From assembly GCF_006345805.1 (NCBI RefSeq), contig NC_043006.1:92380001-92444000 (forward strand): a DNA stretch of 64,000 nt. The letters run 5' to 3'. Source of the DNA: Octopus sinensis. Lineage: Eukaryota. Shown piece by piece: positions 1-13,032 of this stretch (the stretch's first letter is position 1; every line of letters begins with the position of its first letter). The position numbers and the translations under genes were made by a program. A model generated the notes under the pieces. It made no database searches and was not told the DNA's origin. It saw only the letters and a program-made list of their open reading frames with translations.

Positions 1-456
1 AATACATGCGTAGAAAACGTAGGGAAAAGGGAATATTGGAGAAATAACAAAGAAAGTGAGAGAAGGTTATTGTATATATTATTGAGACAAAGGTAAGGAG
101 AATCGAATTTGTGATAGTATGTGGCAGTTGTAGGCTGACGACTGTATTACAAAAGAGCAAAGCGGTTTATTAGAATATCGAAATGAAATCAAAGGAATCA
201 CATGAGGCTGGAGTAAAGTTAAACAGATATAAGATACTTTATGCATTTGCAACGTTTCAGAATGCCTGGAATGGTTTTTAAATAAGCATTTGTGCAATTA
301 TCAGATCCAAACAGATTACTCTTCTAACTCCATGCAAAGCATCCACAAAGCATCTCTTCATATGGAGACACTTATACGGTTGTGAGTGTATATAGCTCCT
401 TCTCTCCCTCTTTCTTTCTCTCTCTTTCAGTACATACATATATATATGTATGTATG

Positions 457-516
<60 letters not shown>

Positions 517-1592
517 GATGCTACTGAGTTTTAAATTCTAGAATGTTTATGTGCATGCTTATTTGTGCGTTTATGTGTTTACATAGTTCGCTCTTCATAC
601 GTATATTTCTGCGTATATGCAGTCATAAATACTTACAGAGATTGGTATATATTTGCCTGCCTTTGTGTATCAGTTGTTTTTATTCCCTTATTTCGCCGTA
701 ACTTTTTTAAGTCATTTAGAAATCTGCTTAAAACAGAATTCGAGTTTACAAATGTAAAAATGAGTTTGCTTTTTAGTTTCCAGGAAGGGACTAAATAACA
801 TTGTCATAAGAATAGTGCACACTGTAGGGAGCAGTAATAGCTTTTTGATTGATAAAGTCCCTGGGGACATTTGTATTTAAAAGAAATTTATAAAAACTGA
901 AGTCCAAGACACAGGCGTGAGGTTTTCTTTGTTAATAACCTTATAATCTAAAATGATTATTTTATTTCTCTTAATTGGTATCTATTTTGTTTTCACGCTT
1001 ACTCCTCTCCCCTCTCCCCCACTTTCTTCCCACTTCCCTTCCCGCTCTCTCTTCCCACTCCCTTTCCTTTGCTCTTTCGTTTACTTGTCCTCTGCATATT
1101 TTCGCTATTACCTTCTCCAATTCATCTGTCGATAATTTTTGCAGTATTCTCATAATCGGAAAGAAACATAAAGAGAAGTGGATGTCGATTTAATGATTTA
1201 AAATATTTAGTGTTATTTTACCACGAATTTTAGGGGTTATAGGGTGAATAATGTGAATAATACATCATCGCAGATCCAACTGTATCGATAGAATATTCAA
1301 TGTAGAATTAATCACCGTTAACAGGATTATTTTTAAATTCGTGTTGTCATTCTGAAGAAAGCGGTGTTTCAAATATAACGATGATCATGTAGAACCATAA
1401 ATAGATACACAAAGTGATTAATACACATGATCACAGCAGAATATGTGTGTATGTGCGCATGCGTGTATGCATTGGTATGCATGCATACACTATTAATATA
1501 TGAATATAAATATTTACATAATAATATATACAAGTATATGTACATAAGAATTTATATATGTATGTAAACATAACTCTATCTATCTCTCTATT

Positions 1593-1653
<61 letters not shown>

Positions 1654-4600
1654 TTATATATATCTCACACTATTTATGTATGTGGCCATAGCACATTCTC
1701 ACACAGATGTGTACGTAGATGAAAGTTTACATTTTACTCTACCTTGCATCCATTGTTAAACTTTTTGTTGAAACAAACCAAATGTGCCAAAACGCTTAAT
1801 ATCGACAGCGCAAAACTAAAACCTAAAGGAAGCAACACTGCTCTGAAACTGCCCCTTAAACTATTTTGTGAAAAAAAAATGTTATTGAAAATACTGAACT
1901 CTTCCATAAAGGGAGAGATTATTGAAAGAGCAGCTTGGTTCTTTTTCACAATATAGATCAGCATTGTATTTGATTGATACTTTATTTTAATCAACAAGAA
2001 AAGTTAAAAGTAAATTTGATCTCGGCTGACTTTGAAATCAGAATGTAGAAAAAGCCGGAGGAAATTCCAGATCGTAGATTTTTCGGCATTCTAACTATTC
2101 TGCCAAACCAAATTACACTGCTCCTCTGGAATTCTTGTGTAATCAAGGGCTTTTCTGTGAAACACTGGTATTCCATCTAAATTCCAAACAAGTCATTCAT
2201 TATTAATAAACAACAGCAACGGGATAAACTATTGTCAAACTCAAGATAACTTTCGTGAGTTGCTGTTTTCTGCTGATGTACAAGATTCATCTTTTTGCTC
2301 ATTTCTCGTAGAAAAGACTTAACTATTGTCTAATAACACGTTCGCTAATAAATATTTATAGTGTTAGCACCCTTCGTTCATATTCTTAGTTGTACCCTTA
2401 TTAAACAATAGCCAATCAACGGCATTCATTTGATTAATTTGTCTAGCCTCTCGAGTAGATGCTTGTTAGAAGTGTGACGATAACACTGTCCATTTAGTTT
2501 AAGAGAAAACTGAACTTGATTTATCTAATTCAGATTTAGATTTACCAGTGATTCAAACGAAAATGTCAAAAATCTAACGTTGGTCATTGCCCTGGAATAA
2601 TAAGAGTAAAACGGCTCAGAATATTTTTTAGGTATTCCTGAAATCGTCGTCGTCGACGTTATATTCATTTTATATTTATAGCAATACTTCATATCAACAG
2701 ATAACATACTGTCAAATTAACGGAATGCTTTTTTATATAATTTTCAAATGCATCGTATTTGCATAACTAAAATAATTTTTGATTTTACATTTTCTACTTC
2801 AAGTTTGATGTTTTACGAAGATTGATATAAAACTAAGAAAGTGTTCTTCTTGTTTGCCCAGCTGACAATGAAGTTAATTAAAGTCGTTATTATATGATGA
2901 TTTTTCTACTTTCAACATTTGAACATTTTCTTTCAAACTGCATCATATAACCTGTAAAATATTTTAAAATTATTTGTGACATCACTGCTTTTGCAATTAT
3001 TTGCCATGTTTTTCACTTATCATTAAAAACACGCACACACATACATACACACACTTGTACATACATCTATACATACACAGAAAATCTTAAATCTGCAATA
3101 CAAATCCTTTATAAAATAAAGTTGCCTTTATATCTGTTTCTGTAGAGATCTCCAAATTGTTCTGCCAGTATTTTCTTTTGTAAGAAACGTTATAAAACAC
3201 TTCGAGATAGAGTTTCAAAGATAAAATGAAGGAACGAGACACCTAAATATGCAGCGAGGGCCAAACTTCGTACCCCTTCTCGTCTATTCATCCACCCCTC
3301 CTTCATTAAAGATGATTCTCAAAGTCGCTCAAACAAATTTCCCCTCATCCCATTCTCTCTCATCATTTTCTACGTCTCACTTCTACAATCCTCTCTCTGT
3401 TTCCTTGTCTCTCTTTAGTCGTCGCTCCTCTCTTTCTCCCACTTTTGATAGTCTTCTCTTCTTTCTGCATGTTTTCACAATTTTCCCTTTATTATTTCCT
3501 CATACTCTTTTCTCCCTTATCTATATAACGCTTTAATACGCAGTTCTCATTCTTTATTGTACCCGTTTCTCTATCTCCCTTTCTCACCAGCAGTGAGTGA
3601 TTCAACTCTGACTTCGACTCTCAAGCTAATACGAATCTCATTCACTTCACCTCCCACCATCTGCTGCTCTTCTTCTTTTAAGAATATTTTGGAACACTAC
3701 TGAGACAACATAACTTTGTATACAACTACAAATGGCGTTTTACTATGTTGAATTATACAACCGTTTGACATTCTATTATATAATTATACGAAGTGAGAGA
3801 TGAAAGCCTTTGAAAGTTCTGCATAACAATGAAATCAATATAATTAAAAGTAAATAATTTTTTCACCAACAATATGAATCGTGTTTTGACTGGTTTTTTT
3901 TTTCCGAAGGAAAGATGGAATTAATTATTTAGTGAAGCAATATTTTATCGTAAATAAAACAGAGTTGTTTAAGAAAAAAAAATTGTATAATTTAGTTATT
4001 TATTGATATTTGATGATTTTGCCAAAGTATTTCTTATTAACACCTTCGTTTCCATTATTGTTCTGGTGTTAGCTTACTAGAACATGATGACAACACTCTT
4101 GCATCATCCCTGCATGTATTTAACAGTAAGAAGTATACAATAAAAACAAAAAAACATTTTCGAAATTATTTATAATGCCAGGAGTTTATAAAACGCATTT
4201 CGAACATATGATAACAATCAAATTTTTAAAAATATAACAAAATCATTTCATTACTAATTTATCTGAAAATAACATTTTACGGTGGTAATTGCCGACACCA
4301 CAACATTGGTTATTTATCAAAATCAAAATGTCGAAGTGTTTACGTAATGGCAGTTGATACAGGTTGCTAAAACATATTTCAAAAAGAAGCATTTAATATT
4401 ATTTGAGCTAATGGAATTGTTTCCTCAAACCGCATGCGACATTATAGATTTACTTGGAAAGTTTACAGTATGCTTTCTCTCAGAAATACGCGCTGGATCT
4501 TTTCATCCTGACAGTTTTAGTCTTTATGTCTGTGAAGTTGAGCTTGTGAGATAAGTTTCGCCAATTTGTTTTGATATCGCAGTCTGTATTTGGAGTTTGA

Positions 4601-4732
4601 TACTAAATTGCAATCGTGCGTATTTCAAATTAGGCTTGGTTTTATTTTACACTCGTTATTTTTATTTGAGTGGATTTGACCTTGAGTCTGATGGATGGGG
4701 TAAGGCATGGGTATAAATAACAACAAAACATA

Positions 4733-4773
<41 letters not shown>

Positions 4774-4791
4774 TACTACTACTACTACTAC

Positions 4792-4835
<44 letters not shown>

Positions 4836-4836
<1 letters not shown>

Positions 4837-5519
4837 ATAGACAACACAGCAGAAAGTGATATGTGCAGAATCTGTGGACAAAATGGTGAAACTGAATAGC
4901 ATATAACCAGCCAATGTACGTCACTGGCCCAGAAGGAATATAAGAGACGTCACGACAATTTAGCCAGGCTTGTCCATTGGACACTTTGCAACAAGTATGG
5001 ACTTGACAGAGCAAAAAATTTGTACGACCACGAACCTGAAGTCATCGTCGAAAATAGAAATGCAAAGATCCTATGGGATTTTATGATTCAGTGCGACCAT
5101 GAGATAGAGAATAGGAAGCCAGACACAGTCTTAATTGAGAAAGAAAACAAACTATGCTGGATCATATATATAGCATGTCCAACTGACAACAAGTTATGTG
5201 ATAAGGAAGAAAGAAAAGTCGAGAGATATTACAATTTAACTTGGGAAGTTAAGCAGTTGTGGTCAATGAAAAAGGTAGTAGTAATTGTCGAGCCCTGGGA
5301 ACAGTGAGCAAAAATCTCGAGAAGTATGTGGAACAAATAGGGGTTGCAATAAGGGTGGAGCACTTGCAGAAAACAGCACTGCTTGGAACCGTTCGAATAC
5401 TCCGGCAGGTGCTCTAAAAATAAGAGGTGTTACCTTAATTCACTGGTAGTGAACAGCTGACACTGTAATACATCACCAGCGTTAGAAGCTGTGCAAAGGC
5501 AATATATAATAATGATAAT
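4836..5519 (+). mobile_element. 5'-truncated RLE-type non-LTR retrotransposon 3' end (most like Dong/R4 clade), decayed
   Basis: Translates IDNTAESDMCRICGQNGETE*HITSQC (CCHC knuckle), KRRHDNLARLVHW (RHD motif), then ILWDFMIQCDHEIENRKPD...IIYIACP...KVERYYNL (PD-D/ExK restriction-like endonuclease). Begins directly after a (TAA)n tract. Confidence 0.85.
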
Positions 5520-5932
5520 CCTTTCTACTATAGGTACAGGGCCTGAAATTGGTGGGAGGGGACTAGTCGATCACATCGACCTCAGTATTTCGCTGGTACT
5601 TAATTTATTGACGCCGAAAGGATGAAAGGCAAAGTCGACCTCGGCGGAATTTGAACTCAGAACGTAGCGGCAGACCAAATACCTATTTCTTTATTACCCA
5701 CAAGGGGCTAAACAAAGAGGGGACAAACAAGGACAGACATAGGTATTAAGTCGATTACATCGACCCCAGTGCGTAACTGGTACTTAATTAATCGACCCCG
5801 AAAGGATGAAAGGCAAAGTCAACCTCGGCGGAATTTGAACTCACAACATAACGACAGACGAAATACCGCTAAGCATTTCATCCGGCGTGCTAACGTTTCT
5901 GCCAGCTCGCTGAGCATTTTGCCCGGCTAAAG
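5520..5932 (-). mobile_element. Dimeric tRNA-derived SINE (family 1)
   Basis: Two monomers sharing the core gaaaggatgaaaggcaaagtc(g/a)acctcggcggaatttgaactca; reverse complement of the copy at 12641-13032. Confidence 0.85.
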
Positions 5933-8224
5933 ATTTCGAGAGAAATTTATAGTTTGACTCAATGAAGTATTTGTATAGATTTCAGTGTGTGATTGTATTA
6001 TATTCTGCTTCACTAAAACTATAACACATTCTCCCTGAATTAGCCTAAAAAGTACTTTAATATATATCCTTGTCGTATGAATCGCTTCTCAAGCATGATA
6101 AATACTATCAGTTGTTCACAACCCGAGCGACAATTTTTTCTGAATAAATTTGCTATATTGCACGTTACCTTGTTGATATTAAGTGGTGATAGAGTATGCG
6201 GAATGTTCTGTCAATTTCGATTGATCGCTAATGACGAAATGAGACTGACTTTCCACATCAACGATATTCAAGAGTAGAACATAACAATATGCCCCTTGAC
6301 GCTAATAGTATGACTACATGTGACAGGACAGCGCTATAAACAACACCTTGGAAATGGTGCCACACATTGCGAGGGGAAGCAATGAGGTTACAGCTTACTT
6401 ATCCGGAATATGGAAAAGTACAAATCAAATTACTAGGGTAAATATTTTTTTTCTAGTTCAGTACCAATGAATTCGATCGAACATGTTTAAAGTTGTTCTA
6501 GCAATGAATATCGCATGTATCTATAAATCTAGGACCATACTGTTCAAGCTATATTTTCGGTGATATAGATTGATTTGAGGAAGATTTTGTTGCTCTTTCT
6601 AGCAGATAAAGATAAAGCGGCTATAAAGAAGTTTTCAAATTTACTTTGAAAGAAGAAAGCATTAAACATATTGACCATAGTAAGAGTAAGGCAGATCTCG
6701 AAAATACATATTATGAAACTAAAATACTCATATGTAATTTTTTTCTTCGTCTCACGAAATCCAAACGTGAGATTTTCCCTTCATAAATTTCATGTTTAAA
6801 ACGTGAACACATGCACGGACACATGCACTTAAAGACACAAATTCATGCAGATGCACACATACAAAATACATGTATACGTAAACATTGACACTTATAGAAA
6901 GCGTGAAATCAAGAAGTTAACATCATTATAGTGTACTTATTCAATGTTAAATCTGTGTAAATTTGGTGCTTTTTATTGTAGAATTACTGAAACAAAAATA
7001 TAAACAAACTGAATTCATTACATTAAATAAATTTCTTCTGAACATTGCTAATTTCCAATACGCCAACCGTTATTATGTATATAAACCATGAAGTAATGCT
7101 AAAATACTTTTTCAAGCTGTTTACAGTTATACTTTAAACAACGTAAGTGATCCTTTGCCTAAAAGGTGGCTAATAAATGAGTTGTGGTTATATGAAAAAT
7201 AGTTTTCCTTGATGTTTTCAATTGAAATTGAAGTAAATTTTAAATGATGTTCAGATATAAACGTAGTTATTATAGATATTTAATTGTTATAATAAGTAAT
7301 TATAATACATACTCCAGCGTAATAAAAAAAGTAATTATAACAAATATTCTGAACAGTCCGCCTTTGCCAACAGGGAAAGATCATTTGAAATCAACAACAA
7401 TGCGAAGAGTCGCATTGTGAACTGAGATGTATAACAAGATCCGAGAGTCTACTTGATACAGCGTTGATAAAGTAATCTCTATATATTTAGCTGAAGTTGT
7501 CTGTGTATGGCAGGTTTGGTAGCCTTCAACTAACACTATCTCCTCCGAGACCCTGCGGCGCAAGTTGACCAAAATCGAGAGTTTGTTAGAAGAAGGCTTG
7601 CTCTTCCTTCCGTAGAAGAAAATATTCAAATCGGACCATGTTAACACCAAAAATATACATCAAAAAGGTACTTTTTTTTCTATGAAAATCCCCATTTTTT
7701 ACGAATTTTTGACTGCTGTATCGCTATTTTTCGGTGTATTTCAGCCAGAAAAATGTTCACTTAAAGAGAATAACAAGCTACATAATGCACAATTTTTACT
7801 TTTCAAAAATTCCAATTCTAAAGGGTCGAAACAAACCCGAGCAACGCCGGATGATACTGCTAGTAATAAATACACAGACTGATGTAAATAGGACAGAAGA
7901 TTTTGGTTTCTATAAATTATTTATAGAAAGACATTATCATGAAATGAATCACAATTGTTTGTGGTTCGATTCTTGTGTATGTGTCTCATCTGTATACTGT
8001 GGATGAAATGCTGATTAGTGTTATTCCAGTTTGTGGTTGAGACTAATATTGGAAAAATATTATCATTTGACATCAGCTTCCTGATATGATTTCGTTCCTG
8101 TCGTTCAGTGGCTGATTTGTGCAATAATATTATATTTGTTGGTTTACCCGGTGGGAGACTACAGAACCATTTATGAATACTGGCTTCAAATTTTGACACA
8201 ATGCCAACAATATCGGAAGAAGAA

Positions 8225-8365
8225 GTAAGTCAATTATATCACCCTCGGTGTTGATCTTTTACTTATTTTATCGATCTTGATTGGATGAAAGGCAAAGTCG
8301 ACCTCGACAGAACTTGAAAACCAAACGTAAAGACAATGGACATCCCACGAAGCATTTTGTCCAGC
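8225..8365 (-). mobile_element. SINE family 1 fragment
   Basis: ggatgaaaggcaaagtcgacctcgacagaacttgaa matches the core of the 5520-5932 SINE. Confidence 0.7.
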
Positions 8366-8444
8366 GCACTAACTCTCCATTATATATATTAATGCTGACT
8401 GTCACTCGCAGTTATATATTTCTTTTATATTGCATATATATATA

Positions 8445-8600
8445 TAGATCAAATTTACAGAAAAACAAAAGTCGAAGACAGGGGCATAAACAACAAACAG
8501 GTGTATTAGTTTGACGCTCGGGAAGGTGAGAAAGTCTTTTACGTTTCGAGCATACGCTCGCCAACAGAAAGGAACAGGAGGAAATAATCAGAGAGAGAAT
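8445..8600 (-). mobile_element. Short dispersed repeat with decayed hammerhead (PLE 3'-end-like, family H1)
   Basis: Minus strand CTTT-CTGTTGG-C-GAGC-GTAT-GCTC-GAAAC-GTA-AAAG at 8536-8571; downstream part matches the copy at 59835-59930. Confidence 0.6.
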
Positions 8601-9711
8601 GAATAATATATATCCATACACAAATGCGCACATGCACACGGATACATATATGTATACATACATACACACACACACAAGCATATATGTATATCTGCATATC
8701 CTTAGATTTGACTATGTGCATACATATGTGTATGTGTGTTTGTACAGTTTTATCATATTGACATTATTCCAGTGGATCCGGAAACCGAAGGAACTTGCAG
8801 TTTTACATCTTCGAAAAGTGATTTGATCAAAGTCTCCCCGAAAAAGCAAGATTTGTGCGTAATAAAATTACATTTTTAGGATGTTAGAGCCTTTGACTCA
8901 ACAAACAAATCAATTTCGAAACACATAAAACTGGACTGTGTGCAATAAGATAAAGCTGTTGCTTGTAATAAATGCTACAATTGATATTTTCTTCTCCGTG
9001 TATACTATACTTAGACTGACATCCGTCTTTGTATTTAAAAAAGTTTTGAGTTTATGTCTATTTTTACCTGCATATACCTTTATATTAATGAGTGATGAAA
9101 GGTCATGATGAGGTCGAAAGACTGTCCATATTTTAGACCCTATCACACCATCTTCGATTCAGATACTGGTCTGTAAAATCCTCATATGAAATGACGTGCG
9201 TGGATAAAACATAACCCGTCAAACATTGGATTAAAATTTATTGACTTGCCATTCAAACGCATGGGTTTCTGCTACGGTAGAAATCGATATTTGATCTTCG
9301 ATTGAATGTATTCCGTTTTTCGAATGATTTTAAGACTAGGAAGTTTAGGAGGATTTCATCTTTTTTATATTGGACAATAAATAAATGATTTTATGATCAT
9401 GTTCTGTTGATGCCAGCGAATTCAGTAATTTAATTGCAGTTTTAAACATTAATGTGAATTCCGTTACATCCATCGTTAGGATCACAGTATTCAGGATTGC
9501 TGGAAACATTGAAAGCCACGCATTTTGAGTAAATATTTCTTCTCCTTATCAATTTATTTTGTCGATACCAAAAGCTTAGTAGCAAAATGCATCAATGCGT
9601 CTATGAGCAGGTAAATTATACCGAATTAAAGAAAGACTGTATTTAGTCCGGTAGCCTAAATTTCCTTTGTTGTTACTCGCATAGATAGAGAGCGTTAGAT
9701 TTAAAGAAGAG

Positions 9712-9835
9712 GTAAGTCAGTTACATCGACCCTCGTATTCAGCTGGTATCTTATTTTATTGTTTCTGCAATATTGAAAAGCCAAGTCGATATTAAAGTCT
9801 AAATTCAAAGAACCGGAAGATATTACGCGAGGCAT
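9712..9835 (-). mobile_element. Degenerate SINE family 1 fragment
   Basis: gtaagtcagttacatcgaccctcg...gaaaagccaagtcga resembles the SINE family 1 core and 3' region. Confidence 0.55.
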
Positions 9836-10089
9836 TTCCCCCCCAAAAAAACTTTAGGAATTATGCAACCTGGATACAAGGTTTCGAATTTGAGGCCAAT
9901 TCAAACCATTATGTATTGTAATGGTATATATTTCTCCCTTGGAAAAATTGAATTGAAGATACAACCTGATGTGACTTGAATAACAAAATGAGCTGACATA
10001 CATCCTCTCCACTAAAACAATCAAGGTTTATTGGAAGTAAGCAAAATCTTGGGTATTAGTTATACTTTAACCTTTTGTAAAGCAATAGC

Positions 10090-10233
10090 TTTTCTGGGAA
10101 ATAAAGATATATGCTCGAAACGTTAAACCCTCCTTCTTCCCTTCCATCCTGAGCGTCTTATAATACTATATTTGATCCACTGCCTCGCGTTGTTGTGTTT
10201 TCTCTTTGTGTTTTCATGCTTGATTAACTAACT
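10090..10233 (+). mobile_element. Family H1 short repeat, hammerhead 5' core lost
   Basis: gctcgaaacgttaaacc...ctgagcgtc...cctcgcgttgttgtgttttctc...gattaacta, similar to the 10985 and 21575 copies. Confidence 0.55.
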
Positions 10234-10241
10234 AACTATAT

Positions 10242-10287
<46 letters not shown>

Positions 10288-10872
10288 ATATATATATATA
10301 TATATACATATATTATATACATATATATATACATATATATACATTATATATATACATATATATATATACATATATATATACATATATATAATACTATATA
10401 TATATATATATACATATATAGATATATATATATTAATAGATATATACAATATATATATATACATACATATATATATATATATACATATATATATGTATAT
10501 ATATATATTTATACACATACATATATATATACATACATATCTATATACACACATACATATATATACACATACATATATATACACATACATATATATATAT
10601 ACATATATATATATATGCATAGATATATATATATATATACATACATATATATATACATACACATATATATATACATACATATATATACATATATATACAT
10701 ACATATATATATACATATATATATACATACATATATATATATACATACATATATATATTACATACACATATATATATACATACAATATATACTATATATA
10801 CATACATATATATACATATATATATATACATATAAAAATATATAAATATACATATATATGTATATCTCTCTC

Positions 10873-10954
<82 letters not shown>

Positions 10955-10955
10955 A
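10228..10955. repeat. Compound (TA)n/(TACA)n/(TC)n microsatellite
   Basis: Visible directly; it generates the spurious Y/I-rich ORFs in the track. Confidence 0.97.
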
Positions 10956-10994
10956 CACATGTGAATCGTTGCCGATTATCTTTCTCCGTCTTCT

Positions 10995-11030
10995 GTGTTC
11001 TGAAGATGAGCTTTGCTCGAAACGTTTAAC
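10995..11030 (+). ncRNA. Minimal type I hammerhead motif (family H1)
   Basis: GTT-CTGAAGA-T-GAGC-TTT-GCTC-GAAAC-GTT-TAAC: conserved core, perfect 4-bp helix II, palindromic AACGTT helix III, imperfect helix I. Confidence 0.6.
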
Positions 11031-11194
11031 CACCATTCTTTCCTTCCCTGAGAGTCTGCTAATACTTTACACGTATCATGTCCACGCGTTCTTGTTTTCT
11101 TCGTTTTTTTTGGGGCGGGGGATTTACTATATATACATATGTATAATAATAATAATAATAATAATAGTAGTAATAATGATAATAATAATAATAA

Positions 11195-11231
<37 letters not shown>

Positions 11232-11751
11232 TATACGTATGTGTATTCGTGCGGTCTTATGTTCATATGTATCTTCGATTGTAAATTTCCACACGTGTGC
11301 ACTCACATTTAGCACGCCCGCGCACGCACAATTGTTAAACAATGTTCGTTGCGTTCATTTCTTCGAAGGCTATTAAGTATATATGAACACAACAGCATTT
11401 CACTCGTCACTGCTGAGTGTAATAACAATTAATTTCAACCTGACAAACATTTGCCCACGCCAGCAGATATAATTCGTGCTGATTTCATGCTAGGACCATG
11501 GTCTTCCACTAGGGTTCGAACGACTGAAATGTCATAGAAAACGTGTGGTGTTTATTTCAATGTCGTTATTCAGTGACACCTTCTAGTTAAGGGGGACGTT
11601 TTAAAGATAATTACTGCAGCATGAGTTTGTTTGTTTTTCACATTGAATTTACGTAGGCTCATCAAATATGAACGTTCACAGTGACATTTTAATCCGTCAC
11701 TTCACAGGTTTACGCGTGTGTGTATATCCATGAGAGAGAGAGAGGGGGATA

Positions 11752-11790
<39 letters not shown>

Positions 11791-12359
11791 GAGAGTCCCT
11801 TATTCTGCTGAAAACATAATTTTTATATTTCGTTTTCAATAATCTACCAGAGTGTTCGTCACGTGGCTGAAGAAATATTGTCGCTTATGCTAAATACAAA
11901 GAATAACACATTTCGGTTTCTCTAGATATTCAACTGGAGGGAAAGCAATTAGCTAGGAGTGAAAAGTACTGGTGTAACTTTTGAGTATAATTATCAAATG
12001 AAAATTCACACTTGCAAACCGGTGGTGATGGATTTCCCACACAGAGAAATTTGTTTCAGTTAGGGATGATTACTATAATAGAATAAATCGGCTCAGATTA
12101 TCGGCTTCTGCATCCCTGACTCATAGAAATGGTATCTTATTAGGTGTAGTGAATGTTTTCCCGGAGCGATAATTGCAGATAAATTGTTTCCTTCAGTTTT
12201 TAGCATTTTCACCAATAACGATATTTGAAAACTCAGCAACGAAATTTTGTGACACTTTATGAGCAGCGCCTTTTATCTGTGTCATTCATTGGATTGCAGC
12301 CATACTGACACATTTTACTGTAGAATGTTAATCAAACAAATCTACTCCATCACCTTGGC

Positions 12360-12600
12360 CTTTTGTTCTAGTCTGTTATTTATTCTATTGGTTGCTGTGA
12401 CCAAACTGCTAAGTTACAGGGACGTAGATGAACCGATACCAATTTTCAACACATGTATCTCTGTCTGTGTTTGTCACCCATCCACAGACTTCTACACAGT
12501 TTCCATCAACTAAATTTTCTTCAAAATTATAGGTCTGTCCGAGGCGATATTAGTGGAACTGAACCAGGAACCCCGTGGTTTCAAGCCAACATCGTAACTG
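12360..12600 (-). mobile_element. Degenerate SINE family 2
   Basis: Reverse complement contains tacgtccctgtaacttagcagtttggtc, matching the 3' part of the 23680 SINE. Confidence 0.55.
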
Positions 12601-12640
12601 CAGTCTGGCGGTATATTAAACATTTCAATAAATTCAATCC

Positions 12641-13032
12641 CAGGCGGCGAGCTGGCAGAAACGTTAGCACGCCGGGCGAAATGCTTAGCGGTATTTCGTC
12701 TGCCACTACGTTCTGAGTTCAAATTCCGCCGAGTTCGACTTTACCTTTCATCCTTTCGGCGTCGATTAAATAAGTACCAGTTACGCACTGGGATCGATAT
12801 AATCGACTTAATCCGTTTGTTTGTCCTTGTTTGTCCTCTCTGTATTTAGCCCCTTGTGGGTAGTAAAGAAATAGGTAGTTCATCTGTTTTTACGTTCTGA
12901 GTTCAAATTTCGCCGAGGACGACTTTACCTTTCATCCTATCGGGGTCGATAAATTAAGTACCAGTTGCGATCTAATCGACTGACTCACTCCCCCAAAATT
13001 TCTGGCCTTGTCCCTAGAGTAGAAAAGAATAT
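12641..13032 (+). mobile_element. Dimeric tRNA-derived SINE (family 1), near full length
   Basis: Head aggcggcgagctggcagaaacgttagc, B-box-like gagttcaaattcc in both monomers, first-monomer tail ccccttgtgggtagtaaagaaat, second-monomer tail tagaaaagaatatt. Confidence 0.9.

Noticed and set aside
305-381. cag|77 nt|gtgagt candidate exon
   Set aside because: No recognisable product and no supporting neighbouring exons.
1734-2176. Short hydrophobic minus-strand ORFs
   Set aside because: No family motif recognised; stops in the best-looking frame.
8201-9711. Apparent exons MPTISEEE (8201-8224) and IESVRFKEE (9685-9711) with gtaagt donors
   Set aside because: Both donors are the first bases of minus-strand SINE fragments, so they are not independent evidence of splicing.
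10228-11376. Long Y/I/H/C/V-rich ORFs here and at 44.5, 47.7-49.1, 52.4-53.1 and 60.8-61.7 kb
   Set aside because: Translations of TA, CA and TATC microsatellites, which lack stop codons in some frames.
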